A stretch of 63,938 nucleotides of DNA, counting the filler, from Sphacelaria rigidula (Eukaryota), in NCBI GenBank assembly GCA_964200075.2. It is 11 parts of 11 records of this genome, joined end to end, with 100 filler letters (N's around TTAATTAATTAA, not from the genome) between each part and the next. Parts side by side here need not be neighbours in the genome. Positions count along the whole stretch, not along the records: positions 34,933 to 40,654 come from CAXNAA020024968.1; positions 40,755 to 46,475 come from CAXNAA020024969.1; positions 46,576 to 52,296 come from CAXNAA020024970.1; 8 more parts are not named here. One strand, 5' to 3'. The notes under the pieces are model-generated. The model did not search any database. It saw only the letters and a program-made list of their open reading frames with translations, and had not been told where the DNA came from. Of the stretch, positions 36,801-49,205 are shown piece after piece. The stretch's first letter is position 1. Each line of letters opens with the position of its first letter. Both the position numbers and the translations under genes were made by a program.

Positions 36801-39355
36801 AATCTCAAACTTCCGTGACTGAACTACAGTATTTGTTTGAATCGACCGGTCTACAATTGCCATCACATCAACCTAGGTTGTTTACATTTGTACCCGTTCC
36901 ACGAATCGCAGATCACGCTAAGCTCCGATCTTTCACTAATCATGTGACCACGGCTGAATCCCGGGGGGGTCAGTTAAAGTGCGACAATCGATCAAAATCA
37001 AAACCAATCATATCAATTTTAGATCTACTGGTAATGCGAGCTTCAAAGAGAACTGAAGCTTGAGGTTCCTGGTATATTCATCAGTAATCACTTCACTGTT
37101 GACCCTCACACCGTGAGAGTAATCCATCTGGATCATGTATACTTCATTCATGTGGAATTGACACCGATTCAACAGATGACCGACCTCCTCTCGCCATCCC
37201 GGGGTTAAATACACCGGGAAGCCCGAGTTTCAGATACCTCACATGTGTCAAGAACGTACGCATGCGATTATTCTTTTGTCGTTGCTACATCCGAAATTGC
37301 CATAAGCGTCTACGTATTTTTCTGGCATTTTCAAACGTGCCACAAGGTGTGCTGCACCGATTGTAGGAAGGGGGAGGCGACCTAAACTTTTCCCGACCCA
37401 AGGCGTACGAGACCCTGGGTGGTGCATAAGTTTTCCTAGGCAAAGTGTGCGTCAGCAGACCTGAAATCGACGCCGCACGCGCCGATTTCGACAAAAAAAC
37501 ACGTTCTGGACGAGCTGGGTCCGCTACCAACCAGCCCCAAACCATAAATCTTCTCAGAACTTTATCGACTCTAAAATCAAGTGGTCATATTGTCAACCAT
37601 AGATATACGACCAAGACTTTAGGCCTACTTGGAAGGGGTGCAACGAGGTGCGGAGAAACAAATAAAAAAAATCGCGGAACGACGGGAGTATACGACAGAC
37701 TGTACTCGTGCAAGTTCGGTCCGCAGACCTCGGTCCGTGAATACGATTGAACCACGAACACATGAGCTCTTGGACTGGAATAGTTGAAAATCGCTCCACA
37801 CTGCACCACGTACCGGTTGTGCGGTACGTACTTGTGGGCCGGTGCGAGATTTCATCAGATTGCATTGCAAAATAGCACAACAGCATTGCCGCCGCGTGGT
37901 ACTTCCATGTGTCAGCTCTCAGGCCCATGGAGTGCAACGAAACCTTGAGGATACTTCTTCGGATAATAGGTACTGCTGTGCAGGCACCAATGCAATAGAG
38001 AGCAGTCGACGCAATAGAGGAGGTGAACAAATCAACAGCGGACAAGACTGGGTGCAGGCAAAAACCAGGGACTCAGCTCAAATTTCGACCAGGTTCAATC
38101 CTATCCCTGGGCAAGCTGTACGGCGCGGACTAGCCATGCCAGTGACAGACTAGCTATGCCAGTGACTGCTTGCTCCTGGGCTACACCCCGTCCAGCATGG
38201 CAAATGAAGTGCAGTGTACGAAGAACTACAATAGCTGTGAAGAGCATACCGTGTTCGCTGGAGTGAATGCTGATACGTTGAGGAGCTCTTTGCTTTCTTC
38301 TGTACAGCCTCCATTGAGCCTTTTTGCCTGCAACGGAAGAAGCAGGAGAAGCCCAAGATTGCGATGTTGTACCGCTACACTTATGCTGCCTTGAAGTTGT
38401 TGTGGGCAGCGCTCCGCTCCGGTGGTGACTTGCGAGATGCAATGTTTTGCTCATCTCTCAGCCGAAATATGTTTTTTTTCAATTTGAGATATTGATTTAA
38501 GAACATTTTCAGACCCGTCATTTAACTGTAGTAATTGCGTGTACTTCTATTTTATACACGCAAATATGGCATGCGAGTGCAAAATCAATATACATTATTG
38601 CTGATGATTGACTCCTTCAGATTTATCGTTCGCCCTGTACTTGTATGGTGACGATGAAAGTATGAGAGATGTCTTCGGGGAAGGTCGTGAAGCCACGAGT
38701 TATTTTCTATTGTACATATGATAATAGTTGCCATTATCCATTCGACCCCACGAGGTGCCTGTGCTTGCTTCGATCTGACTACTGATCGGAATAAAGACAC
38801 GAGGAACACGGGATCCTAGGCGACTAGCAAAGGAAATCAATTGAAGCATGGGTGAGTGCTTCATTCGCAATATTATATCAAGATTGCTGAGCTCTGCAAA
38901 GTTTGATACTGCAATGTTCCACGGAGCTGCACTAACACCACACAACCAGACAGCAGGCATCCGGCAGCCCACACTCTTTCGCGCAGCAATCATCCTCTGT
39001 GAAGAGGTTGGTTTGCTACGCTATATGGTAGATTATCTTGAGGACGAGAGGTAGCATCATGGGCTCTGCTACTATTCGCATCGTATCATTTCACTGTTGT
39101 AGTGTGTCGTACGCTCTTCCTCTGCCTGTCTCTGGTGGGTCTACTGGGATCACTCCCGTGTCCCGTATGTACGTTACAGTCAGTATTGCCCGTAGGCGTG
39201 CACTGAGCGATGCGCCATCCGACGATGTTGTGAAACATGCAATTGTTGCGCACCAGAGCTTCGAAGCTGCCTTGCAATTCTTCCGGATAAGTGATCCGTT
39301 CTTGGTATGATACCGTACGGTGTTTCGCCTTCGGTCCCCATTTCCCCGTATAACT

Positions 39356-39388
39356 CTGCAGTGCAGTGCAGTGCAGTGCAGTGCAGTA
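39356..39388 (+). repeat. (TGCAG)n pentanucleotide repeat
   Basis: About 6 units. Confidence 0.9.
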
Positions 39389-40839
39389 CCGTACAGTAGT
39401 ATGGCCGAGGATTCATGAAGTATACCGTAAAGTCTTCAAGGCAGTAACTGTACTGTACTTTAAGTAGCCTAGGTTGACGCGATTTCTCCGCGAGGATGGC
39501 TTCAGATATCAGATATCAGGGTTTTGAAGATTTGTGTATTATAGAGCTGTCACGTACTCTACTAAGCACTGCCATGTTGAACTTCTTGTGTGGAAGGTCT
39601 TTGGTCCCTTGGGTAGGCCATGGTTGCGATTTGCAGATTGGGATGGGCAATACCTTTCCTGTTTTCGACTAACATCATGAGTAATACGATTATATCACAA
39701 CTACTCTAGCTCCCTCCCCGTCCCTCGATGCCCCACGAGCTGGGCAAGCTGGCGGTGATTTGCGAATGTATCCGGGCCGGGCGGTGGGGAATCCAAAGCG
39801 TTGGGCACTGAAATTTTGACACAACATTCTTATCATTACGAAGCACAATCTTCCCGGGAATGCCAAGAAGAAAAAAAAAGTTGGAGCGATTTGAAGTTTC
39901 TGCAAACACCAGAAAAGTTCCACACCAGTATAGCTCCGTGAAAATAAAGAAATATGTCGGCATCCCCAGTGTATAACAGTTGTGCGTCCTCGTGTGGAGG
40001 AGATCCTGGTGCAAATTTGGCCAAAAATTCCAGAAATTTGGCGCGGCATCCAAATTTTCGTGTGGCAGGGCTGCGCTCGTTTAATTCAAGTGATTCAGTT
40101 GACTCCACTTACAGAGGTCACGAGTTCGAATCCCGACGGATTCCTTTTTTTCTTGTTCCGTCGGTTAGGTGATACATCATGCAGTACATTTTTTTTTTTT
40201 TTTTGCGTTCAGCGGCGGTCGCGTGCGTCACCACGTTGGTCTCCAGATCACACAGATATACTCAAGCCGGGCTGATCTGGTGAACTTGATGAGTTATGGT
40301 GTGACACGCAAATGCGGGATTTACTGCTGGCCCAGCTCGTATTCGAAACGGAACATGATGAAAAAAAAGCTCTTGATTTTTTGCACTTTCGGACAAATTG
40401 GTTCACTGTGCACTGTGCTGTTCTTGTCGGCTCGCTGCATACTCCGCAATGCTCGCCGCAGCGGAGCCCTGTCTAGATGATACGCTGCTGCTGCGATCAT
40501 TGATCGTGTCTTCGCATTAAAAATATCGTTCCGATCTCAGCTGAGTACCATCTGAAGTCGGTACTGCTAGTCTAATCTTTTTGGGACCGGGCCTCCAGAA
40601 CGACCAATGAGGCTGGTCAGGAATGACGTGTCTGGCGTCTGCACGAAACAGTGGNNNNNNNNNNNNNNNNNNNNNNNNNNNNNNNNNNNNNNNNNNNNTT
40701 AATTAATTAANNNNNNNNNNNNNNNNNNNNNNNNNNNNNNNNNNNNNNNNNNNNTTTTTTTTTTTGTCTTTTCTCTGTTTTTGTTCCGCCTTTCCCCCCC
40801 CCATCCCCTCCCCCCCCCGCCCCCGCCGGAAACGAGCCT

Positions 40840-41233
40840 GGGTCTGTCTTCTTGTCTAATGTACTTACTCATTTCTTTCCTATACGTTCTATTTTTTTAT
40901 TCTTTCTTTTCTTTCATGTTTCTCCTTTTTATTCTGATCACGAGCTGGGTGTGTTGCAATCAGCGACGTAATACGAGATCATCATATTTTTGTGTATTGT
41001 CTGTGTTTGTGTTCGTGTATTTGTTTGTCCTTGTTACTGTTGTTGTTGTTACTGTTGTTGTTATCGCTGCTCCCTTTCTTTCCTTCCCGAGGTCATTACT
41101 TCTGTCTTCTTTTGTTCCTTTCTTTCCATTTTTCTTTTTATTATGCCGGGGGTTTTTTGCTGCTCCTGACCACGGGCTAGATTGTTGCAATCAGCTGATG
41201 TGAGGTGAGATAATCAATCAACCAATCAATCAA
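40840..41233 (+). mobile_element. T-rich retroposon 3' region ending in GACCACGGGCT...GTGAGATAATCAATCAA
   Basis: Collinear with 43418-43860. The terminal motif is present twice per copy, with an internal (GTT)n. Confidence 0.75.
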
Positions 41234-41894
41234 TTTACATTTTTGGGGTCGGCATAGTCAATGCCTGCATACACGTGTAAAGAGCTGAACGAGCAACATG
41301 TGTAGAAAAAGAACACTCTTCCACCTGTTTCAACAAGCGAGACTTCCCGCCTCGTTCCTCTTATGCCTTGGTCGGCGTCAGGGTATAAGGGTTAGGGTTA
41401 GCGTTAGCGTTAGCGGCACCTCATGTGCAACAGAGTACCAAAGCGATGTTTTTGACCATTGGGTAAGCAGCCCTCACTTTCTCCGAAAAAAACGGAGGTT
41501 TTGAAATTAGTCACAGACCCGCGTGTGCAGTACGATAGTAGCATCCGCTGACTCTCAACTGCAGGGTTTTCGAAACGAAGCCTCTTGATACGCACGGTGC
41601 AGCGCGTGCTCTGAGCATACCTTCTCGGCCTTTTGGCCAAGATCATGTGTAGTATCTGTTCTAATCAGCATGAAAACTGATTGATACTCACCGAGTGTCA
41701 TTTTCACACCCGTTTTTGTAATCGGCGGGTCGGCGCTGCTTGTAGCGTTCCGTCAGGATTTCCTCGGCAATGCACTACAGCTTTGCGAGGTCCGTCCCCG
41801 TCCCCTCGGGGACAACGACAGAGAAATCCAACACCCATCACATGTCTAGTTTGTGTGACTGTTGTTATCTCCTCAATGAAAATGATGATGATTC

Positions 41895-42442
41895 TGTTGG
41901 GAGGGCCGCAAGCGGACACCTCCCCAGCAAAAAATTATGCGGTAGAGATACCCCCGAAGGAGTATTCTCCAGGGATTACAGCACTCCAGGCTTATCTCAG
42001 CCAGTGCAAGAACCTGCTCCCCCTGGGGCACCAGTCATCATGACCACTGGCAAGCCCCCGCCAGGTAAGTATGACCGATCATCCGCGAGTCACGTGGAAT
42101 GTGGATACCTATAATTGAAAACCCCGTCGTCCCGTCTCTACCAAAACACATGTGTTCAATCTACAGATCGTGGAGTATCATACTATTATAAACCACCACT
42201 TGATCTAAAAATGGAATCGAAAAAGTCGACTTAGGGTCGACGAGGAAAAGGGACTGCTGAACCCCTCTCGCGATTCAAAATAAGGGCAAGCACCGCAGAA
42301 GGAAGGTGGAGAGAAGTAAAAACAAACAAGCAAAAGACAAAACTTTTGCGTTCGCCTTCCTCCTGTGTGACCCCGGCTGATGCGCCCACATATGCCGAAA
42401 AGTGTAGACCGGCGTCCAGAATGAATGGGACGACAACACACC
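41895..42442 (+). mobile_element. Composite repeat: non-tRNA 5' module plus the SINE-family 3' tail
   Basis: 41895-42221 matches 45069-45364, with the first ~180 bp nearly identical. 42225-42442 matches 42610-42839. Confidence 0.75.
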
Positions 42443-42470
42443 AAAAATGATTTGCATTTCAGTGGACTAC

Positions 42471-42839
42471 CACCGGGGCTCAGTTGGTATCCTCGTAACC
42501 TCGATACATTCTGATGGTTGAGTAGGGGGGTTCGATTCCCGGAGCGATCTGGAATCTTTTCTCACACCATGCTCAACAGTGGAGAGCGACTATGTCGGGG
42601 GTACACAAAATTCGACTAAACGATTGACAAGGAAAAGCGACTACTGGACCTCTCTCGCGATTAAAAAAATTAAGGCAAGCACCGCAGGAGGAAGGTGGGG
42701 TATTAAAAACAGATAAAAAAGAAAAAGCTCCTGTGTTGACCTTCCTCCTGTGTGACCCCGGCTGATGCGCCCATATATACCGCAAGGTGTAGACTGGTGC
42801 CCAGAAGAAATGGGACGACAACACACAACACACACACAC
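42471..42839 (+). mobile_element. Full-length tRNA-derived SINE (~370 bp)
   Basis: A box GGGCTCAGTTGG (42476-42487), B box GGTTCGATTCC (42529-42539), a conserved core and a 3' end GGGACGACAACACACAACACACAC. Partial copies occur on four other contigs. Confidence 0.85.
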
Positions 42840-43417
42840 TTAGACCGCGTGGGCAGTCCATCTTGTCTACGCATTACTTTTTCACGTGAAAATGATACCG
42901 ATTCAACAGGTGATCCACTCTTCGCCGTCCAAGGCAACAATCAGTCAATAATCGACCGGTCAATCAAGTATATGAACGGCAAGGAGGCGTTTGCTCACGC
43001 AGCGGTACATGAGCAAGTCACCTACTACTACGTGACTTGAGCCGGGTGGGCGGTGCATATATGCTGGTATCTGTGCTGCATTTCCCCCCGACCGGTTTTC
43101 ATATCGTCCCGACACAATATTGAAATTTTCGATAGTAGAGTGATTTGTTGTATCCTTTGTTTGCTGTTTGACCGCGAAGAGGGTAGTTGACCCGTTGAAT
43201 CGGCATTACGAGTACTTCCACTTACAAACAAGGCAACATTGATTGATGAATTGCCTGATTGCAATTAATTATCTCACATTACTGCTGTACCTGATTGTAA
43301 CAATCCAGCCCGTGGCCAGGAGCAACAACAAAAGAAGAGCAGAACAAGACAGCAAGAAGAAAGATAAGGAACAGGAAAAGACACATCATAACGCCGATTC
43401 AATAGGTCGCCCCTGGC

Positions 43418-43860
43418 TCTGTCTTCTTGTCTTCCTTTGTATTCCCTTTTTTTCACGTTCTATTATTTATATATTTATCCCTTTTTTCATTTTTCTCTCA
43501 TTCTTCGTTCATTTTCTTCATGTTTCTCCTTTTTTATTCTGATTACGAGCTGGAGTGTTGCAATCAGCTACGTAATGCACGATCATCATCCTTTTTGTCT
43601 TTGTCCGTGCCTGTGTTTGTCTTTGTCTTTGTCGTTATGTTGTTGTTGTTGTTGTTGTTTGGTGGTGGTGGTGGTGGTGGTGTGTTTCGTTGTTGTCGCT
43701 GCCCCGTTTCTTTCCTTTCTGAGGCCGTTGCTTATGTCGTTCTTCTGTTCCTTTCTTTCTTTATTGTATTTTATTATTATTATTCTGTTCTATTTTTGCT
43801 GCTCCTGACCACGGGCTGGATTGTTGCAATCAGCTAACGTGAGATAATCAATTAATCAAT
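43418..43860 (+). mobile_element. Second copy of the T-rich retroposon 3' region
   Basis: Aligns with 40840-41233 and ends CTCCTGACCACGGGCTGGATTGTTGCAATCAGCTAACGTGAGATAATCAAT. Confidence 0.75.
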
Positions 43861-44609
43861 ACCCTCGCTGTCGAGGGGCAGCCATAATTTCAATTTCTCA
43901 CCCACACACCCGAGCATAGTAGGCTGATTTTTTCTGATGCAATTAATTCCAAGTAGCCGGCTGGTGCGTCTCTGTGTGATGTGTGACACATTGCTGTTTT
44001 GTCGTGTGATCCTGTGTCTACGTGTCTACGTGTGTTACCCCACGAGTGGGGTCAAAAATCGTTGTAACTCCTTCAGGATCCTCTCGGCACGGTTTATCCT
44101 AGTAAAAGGCGAGGGTAAAGTTCGTGATGCGAGAGGATCGGAGATGTCTTCACGGGTGCATCGTCATGATAGATATCATCAACAGATTTTGAAAACCCCG
44201 TTTTCCGGAGTCAACGAATACGACCACAATAATACTACCAGTACCATTATACTGTACTACGGTATATATTCAGGTGTGTCATGTACGGGGTGCAGTCATT
44301 TCTGGTCCCCCTCCTGCTACTGTCTGTACCCCCGTGGCTGAAGTTTCAATACGATATACTATACCCGTACAGAAGTAGCACTGAATGCTCGTGCTGAACA
44401 ACTTGATTAAGCCAAGGAGTCAGCAGTCCGACGAGCAAACAGTTATAATGAGCTCTTCGACGATCTTGAACATGTTCTGTACAAGCGTCAACTTCAAAGC
44501 TGGTTTTTATTTTTCCAAGCTCCTTCCCCCCCCCTCCCCCACACAACACGCAGATCAGAGTTCTACTAAAGCAGCGGAGAGTATATATCGAGTACTAATA
44601 GTGCATTTA

Positions 44610-44880
44610 TACGACGAGCAGTCGAGTCACTGCGCATTGTGGGAAAATGGATAACTCGAGCACACGAGTCATTGCTCGATATAACAAAAAAAATGAATAT
44701 TCTTGGCGTGCTCGAGTCATTGCTCGCTGTTTGTGGAAAACACTGAATGATTCGAGCAACGAGTCGTCGCTCGATGTGAAAAAAAAGTATTGACTCGAGC
44801 ACACGATTAGTCATGCTCGTTGTCCTTTCAAAAAACATCCACGAGTGCACTCGTTTCGACAAGTAATGACTCGTTCGACG
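44610..44880. repeat. Diverged CGAGCAC-CGAGTCATTGCTCG minisatellite array
   Basis: Same unit as 20690-20952. Confidence 0.75.
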
Positions 44881-45389
44881 TCTTCTATTTTCTATACAGT
44901 ACTTGTATTGATGGCAAATATCTAAGGTTCATGAAAAGGGCTTTTGGTGTAGCGACAGGAGAGCTGTTTTGGAGCCCAAATGTGACATCGTCCAACTCAG
45001 CCCACCTGCGGGGGGTCGCTGTCTAGGGTTCAAGAGGTCATCCCCCAGTCTGTGTGGTGCTGAGATGATGTTGGGAGGGCCGCAAGCGAACACCTCCCCA
45101 GCAAAAAATTATGCTGGTAGAGATACCCCCGAAGGAGTATTCTCCAAGGATTACAGCACTCCAGGCTTATCTCAGCCAGTGCAAGAGCCTGCTCCCCCTG
45201 GGGTCACCAGTCATCATGACCACTGGCAAGCCCCCGCCAGGTAAGTATGCTAGATTGTAGCCAAGTCACATTGGTATACAAATGCCTACAATTGAAAACC
45301 CCGTCGTCCCGTCTCTACCCCTAGACACATGTTTTCATCAACTTGATCTAAAAATGGAATCGAACAAGAATCGACCGATGATGTAGGTA

Positions 45390-46310
45390 TATGATAACGG
45401 TGATTGTGACGATCTGCGGAGAGTTCGGGTTGACCGTGTCGGAAGCAAAGACGAAGACCATGCGACTGCACTCACAGGCGGGGCACCTCGACACCAACGC
45501 AGCTGGCCAGGTATACGAACAAACAGACGACTTTGTATACCTGGGGGGGGGTCAACTACGGAGAGTAGCGACCTCTCGGTGGAAATCAAAAAGCGCGTAC
45601 AAGGGCCATGGTCGAGCTACCACAAGTACAAAGTACACCAGGTACCTGTACATTCGATCGAACGCCGCCGTCCACCTCACGGTTCGCATGATCAAAGCCG
45701 AGGCTGTCGAAGCGCTATTGTACGGGTGGGTCACATGGATCCCTCTCAACGGCCACTACCAATGCAATGCGCATGATCCACCATGCGTTACTCAGGCGCT
45801 GTCTTGGATGGCACAAACGCCATCGCACAGACCACGTTCTGTCATACCGAGAGACCCTCGCGAGGACAGGGTGCGAAAGCTTCGAGACGACAGTGAGGAA
45901 GAGGAGACTCCATTTTGCCGGTTTCGTCACGCGCATGTCACCCGGACGGATACCGAAACACGTCATGTTCGGTGAAATTATAGCCGTGAAGGGACAAGGA
46001 AGAGAATTTAACGACAGGCACAAGCACTGGATCCGCTGCCTATAATAGCGGAAGACATGAAGGCATTCGGTATCGAATGGCAGGGGTGGACTACCAGAGC
46101 CTTGAATGCAGTAGAGTGGCACAGCTGTGTTGAACATGAACAGGGAGCAGAAAAGTTCATGGCGGACTGGTGCCAAAAGGATGACGCAGAGGCAGCTATA
46201 CGGCACGCGAAAACTGCAGGCCAAGATGCACCAGACCAAGACCAGACACAGCACCTGGGACCGACAGTACCAACAGCAACTCATCATAGCCTACGCCAGA
46301 TACATACGTA
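45390..46310 (+). mobile_element. 5'-truncated RTE-like LINE (post-YADD and C-terminal region)
   Basis: FGLTVSEAKTKTM, AAGQVYEQTDDFVYLGG, EALLYGWVTW, VRKRRLHFAGFVTRM..RIPKHVMFGE and GAEKFMADW across frameshifts. Homologous to 1130-1900. Confidence 0.88.
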
Positions 46311-46575
46311 GAGCATTGTGTTTGGTTCCCATCTCTGATTTGTCCATCTCTTGTTCCTGGTGTTTTTTTTTTTGTCTTTTCTTTGTTTTTGTTCCGTCTG
46401 TGCCCCCCCCCTCCCCCTCCCCCCCCCCCCCCCCCCCGAAAACAGCCCACGGCGTCCGTGTTTTTTCATTCTTTTNNNNNNNNNNNNNNNNNNNNNNNNN
46501 NNNNNNNNNNNNNNNNNNNTTAATTAATTAANNNNNNNNNNNNNNNNNNNNNNNNNNNNNNNNNNNNNNNNNNNN

Positions 46576-46646
46576 GGGAATCGAACCCCCCAACTCAACC
46601 ATCAGAAGGTTACGAGGTTACCAACTGAGCCACCGGGGCGACCGGC
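46576..46646 (-). repeat. tRNA-like SINE head cut by the contig start
   Basis: Reverse complement GCCCCGGTGGCTCAGTTGGTAACCTCGTAACCTTCTGATGGTTGAGTTGGGGGGTTCGATTCCC, with A and B boxes and a 5-bp stem/7-nt loop. Confidence 0.8.
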
Positions 46647-47029
46647 AACTAAGGACTCAAAGAAAGGGAGAGGTTCGAAGTATTACGAAAAGATGAACGA
46701 AACGAGCTCTCGAGTCTAGCTCCACGACAGACAAGCGCTGGATTTATGAACTGCTGCTCATTAGGATGTTTGTCCTATACGTGTTGGGCGTGCGTTTTTG
46801 CTATCAAGTCCCAGGTATCTAGCGACTGGTTCGCTGAGCAGCTAACGTGCTAATCACACGAAGCTGAAGCGAGAACGTGAAAGGAAGACGATCGGCGTCA
46901 ATTGCACGTAGTAACACCGCGCATCGGTGCCAGAATCGGAGAAAAAACGTGATACAACCAACGTTGCTCGTACCCGGACGCCCATGTACTGTACACCTTG
47001 CCCGCCTTTGCACCTTTTTTTGCCTCCAG

Positions 47030-47128
47030 GAGGGGAACCACGAAGAGGCTGACGAGAAAGCGGCACGGAAAGAGGCCTTGCGCACGAAAATGATGGAAAA
47101 GGCCAAGGATATGAAAGGGTACGTTAAG
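47030..47128 (+). CDS. Candidate internal exon, charged helical peptide, unknown gene
   Basis: Strong polypyrimidine tract + cag|EGNHEEADEKAARKEALRTKMMEKAKDMKGYVK|gtcggc, 99 nt. Confidence 0.45.
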
Positions 47129-48088
47129 GTCGGCTGTAGTTTGTGCTTGTTCTGACCTCTTTCACTTTTGTTTTTGTCCAGGTCTAATTTTTAGTTTTTT
47201 TGTGCTGTTCACATTGATCAGGTGAAGGTTGGTAGCCGTCTTCCGTTGATTATCGTTTTTTTCATTTTCGTTGTATCGCATATGACGGCGGTAAGGACCG
47301 CGGCCCTACTCGGCGATGTGGGGCTTTTAGTCTCTGCTGACTTGAGTTCAAGACGTTTCTAAGGATTGTAAATGCAGCTGCTGTACCCATCTACTTGTTG
47401 TAGAATTGGCGGCTGAGTAGCTGGGTCGCAACCTACTTTCATGGCCTTGCTACGTCGAGAGTTTTAATGAGACCGCTAGAAAGTCTGGGATCCAGGTTCA
47501 TCGTGCTTATATAATTTTTTCACGAGCTATTTTTCTCTTGTCTCTCCTTCCCTCGAGTTTCCATGCGCGAGTCTGCCGTTTTACATGCGTTCGGTTCGTT
47601 AATATGGTGAACGCGGCTTAGATTGTAACGAATCAGTTGATGTACTGACAATCGATTGCTCAAGGCCGTCGACCTCTAATTACTCAAGACCGTCGACGTC
47701 TAGCCAAGTTCCAAGTGCTCGTCAACACGTCAACTCATTAACCTAAAAGTACAGTGGGCGCACCCGCAACCATTCTCAGACGTGTGGAGGTTTTCATTTC
47801 ACAGGAGAGGTGACCCTCGGAATATGTTCGGATTCGTAGAATGCTTATTTGACGAGCTTTCCAATGGTGGGTACGTTTCGCGTCTCTTGGGAATCGCTCT
47901 CCGGAATGGCGTTTTTCTGTAGTGCGAAGAAATCCAAAATGCATCTCTCGGCTCATGTATCGCTACAAATGAAGGAAACGTAATATTTGAAGAGCGCGTC
48001 TATGAACTTTCTTGGGATCGTTACCAGATCTCAGCCTCGCCGTTTTTCTTGGTTCTTGTGTCTCCCTCTTTTCTGTCATTCCTTCCTC

Positions 48089-48099
48089 GGTTGTTGTCG

Positions 48100-48131
<32 letters not shown>
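48089..48131 (+). repeat. (GTT)n microsatellite
   Basis: Directly visible in the sequence. Confidence 0.9.
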
Positions 48132-48132
<1 letters not shown>

Positions 48133-49065
48133 TTGCTCTCTCCCTTTTGACTCACTCTCGGTTTCCCTTTTTATTCCTACTGCCGGTTTACCGTGTCGGT
48201 TGTTTCTTTTCTTTTCCACCAGCCCCGATTCACCTTAGCTTACGTACGTCTATGTCGTGTGTTGTATCCTGTGACCGACCGGATGACCTGTCCACAACTG
48301 TACTCGTGGCCGGTGAAGCAAATTCAATCAGCCAATGAAGTACATGAATCAACCTCCGAATGGCACCAAACCAGGTACCATGCTCTTCTCATGACATGCT
48401 CTCCGAAATCCAAAGCCTTTGCGAGTGATCGTTGGTTTATTTTGGAAAAAATGCACGATATTTGGTACTGTAGGTTATCGTCCGTGGAGAAAAAAAAATG
48501 GGGAGAAATGTTGCGCCGGTCATGTCACTACTTTATCACCGGTTAAAACGCTTCACTACCTGGGTAGGTGATTACGAACATCGCGGGTTTTCTCTTCTTA
48601 AGTTGGACGCTGCATGCTTGACCCCCGTCCCCCGAGTGCGGGGTACGATACAGCACGCAGCGAGTATTGCAGAATGTGAACATATTTGAAATGTCTTGAA
48701 TATGTGAGGGGACTTTTAGTCGACGCTGTGAAGGAAAATGAGGTGACATGGGTGGCATGGGACAAGAGAAAGCACAATTTGTCACTCCTCGGTGATTATC
48801 GCCCCTCCCCACGCCGGGACCAGCTCTATGGCGTTGGGAAAGACAGCTACTCTCGTAATGGTTGGCTTCCCACGTCTCCAGGGGCGGCGTGCAAAACCTT
48901 GCGATTATTAGCGTTCTATTACAGAAGTTTTGGTGAGTTGATGTAAATTTCGTCAAGTAGACATCTCGGTTGAGTTCCGAAAAATTGTCGGAAAAAATGG
49001 CTCAAAATCTCGCTTGACACGACTTCAGTACCGACTGGGCCTAGGGGACGAGCTTCTGGATACTG

Positions 49066-49096
<31 letters not shown>

Positions 49097-49205
49097 AGTG
49101 ATTGATTGATTGAGTGATTGATTGATTGATTGAGTGATTGCAACAATCCAGCCCGTGGTCAGGAGCAGCAAAAATAGAACAGAATAGTAAAAAGAAAAAA
49201 GAAAG
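49066..49205 (-). repeat. Retroposon 3' end with long (CAAT)n tail
   Basis: Plus strand (GATT)n at 49066-49140, followed by CAACAATCCAGCCCGTGGTCAGGAGCAGCAAAAATAGAACAGAATA, the inverse of 43781-43830. Confidence 0.85.

Noticed and set aside
35100..39310. Multi-exon gene on contig 7
   Set aside because: Isolated exon-like segments exist (e.g. about 35118-35210 and 39180-39305), but I could not build a phase-consistent model or recognise a domain.
40781..43837. Hydrophobic membrane-protein ORFs (40781-41203, 43427-43837)
   Set aside because: Translation of T-rich repeat sequence present in two diverged copies with many indels.
41895..45364. Pair of LTRs flanking an LTR element
   Set aside because: No clear CA end, PBS, PPT or TSD, and the interior is a mosaic of unrelated repeats.
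46576..46646. Functional tRNA gene
   Set aside because: Truncated by the contig edge, and the same head continues into SINE body sequence at 42471; no complete acceptor stem can be shown.
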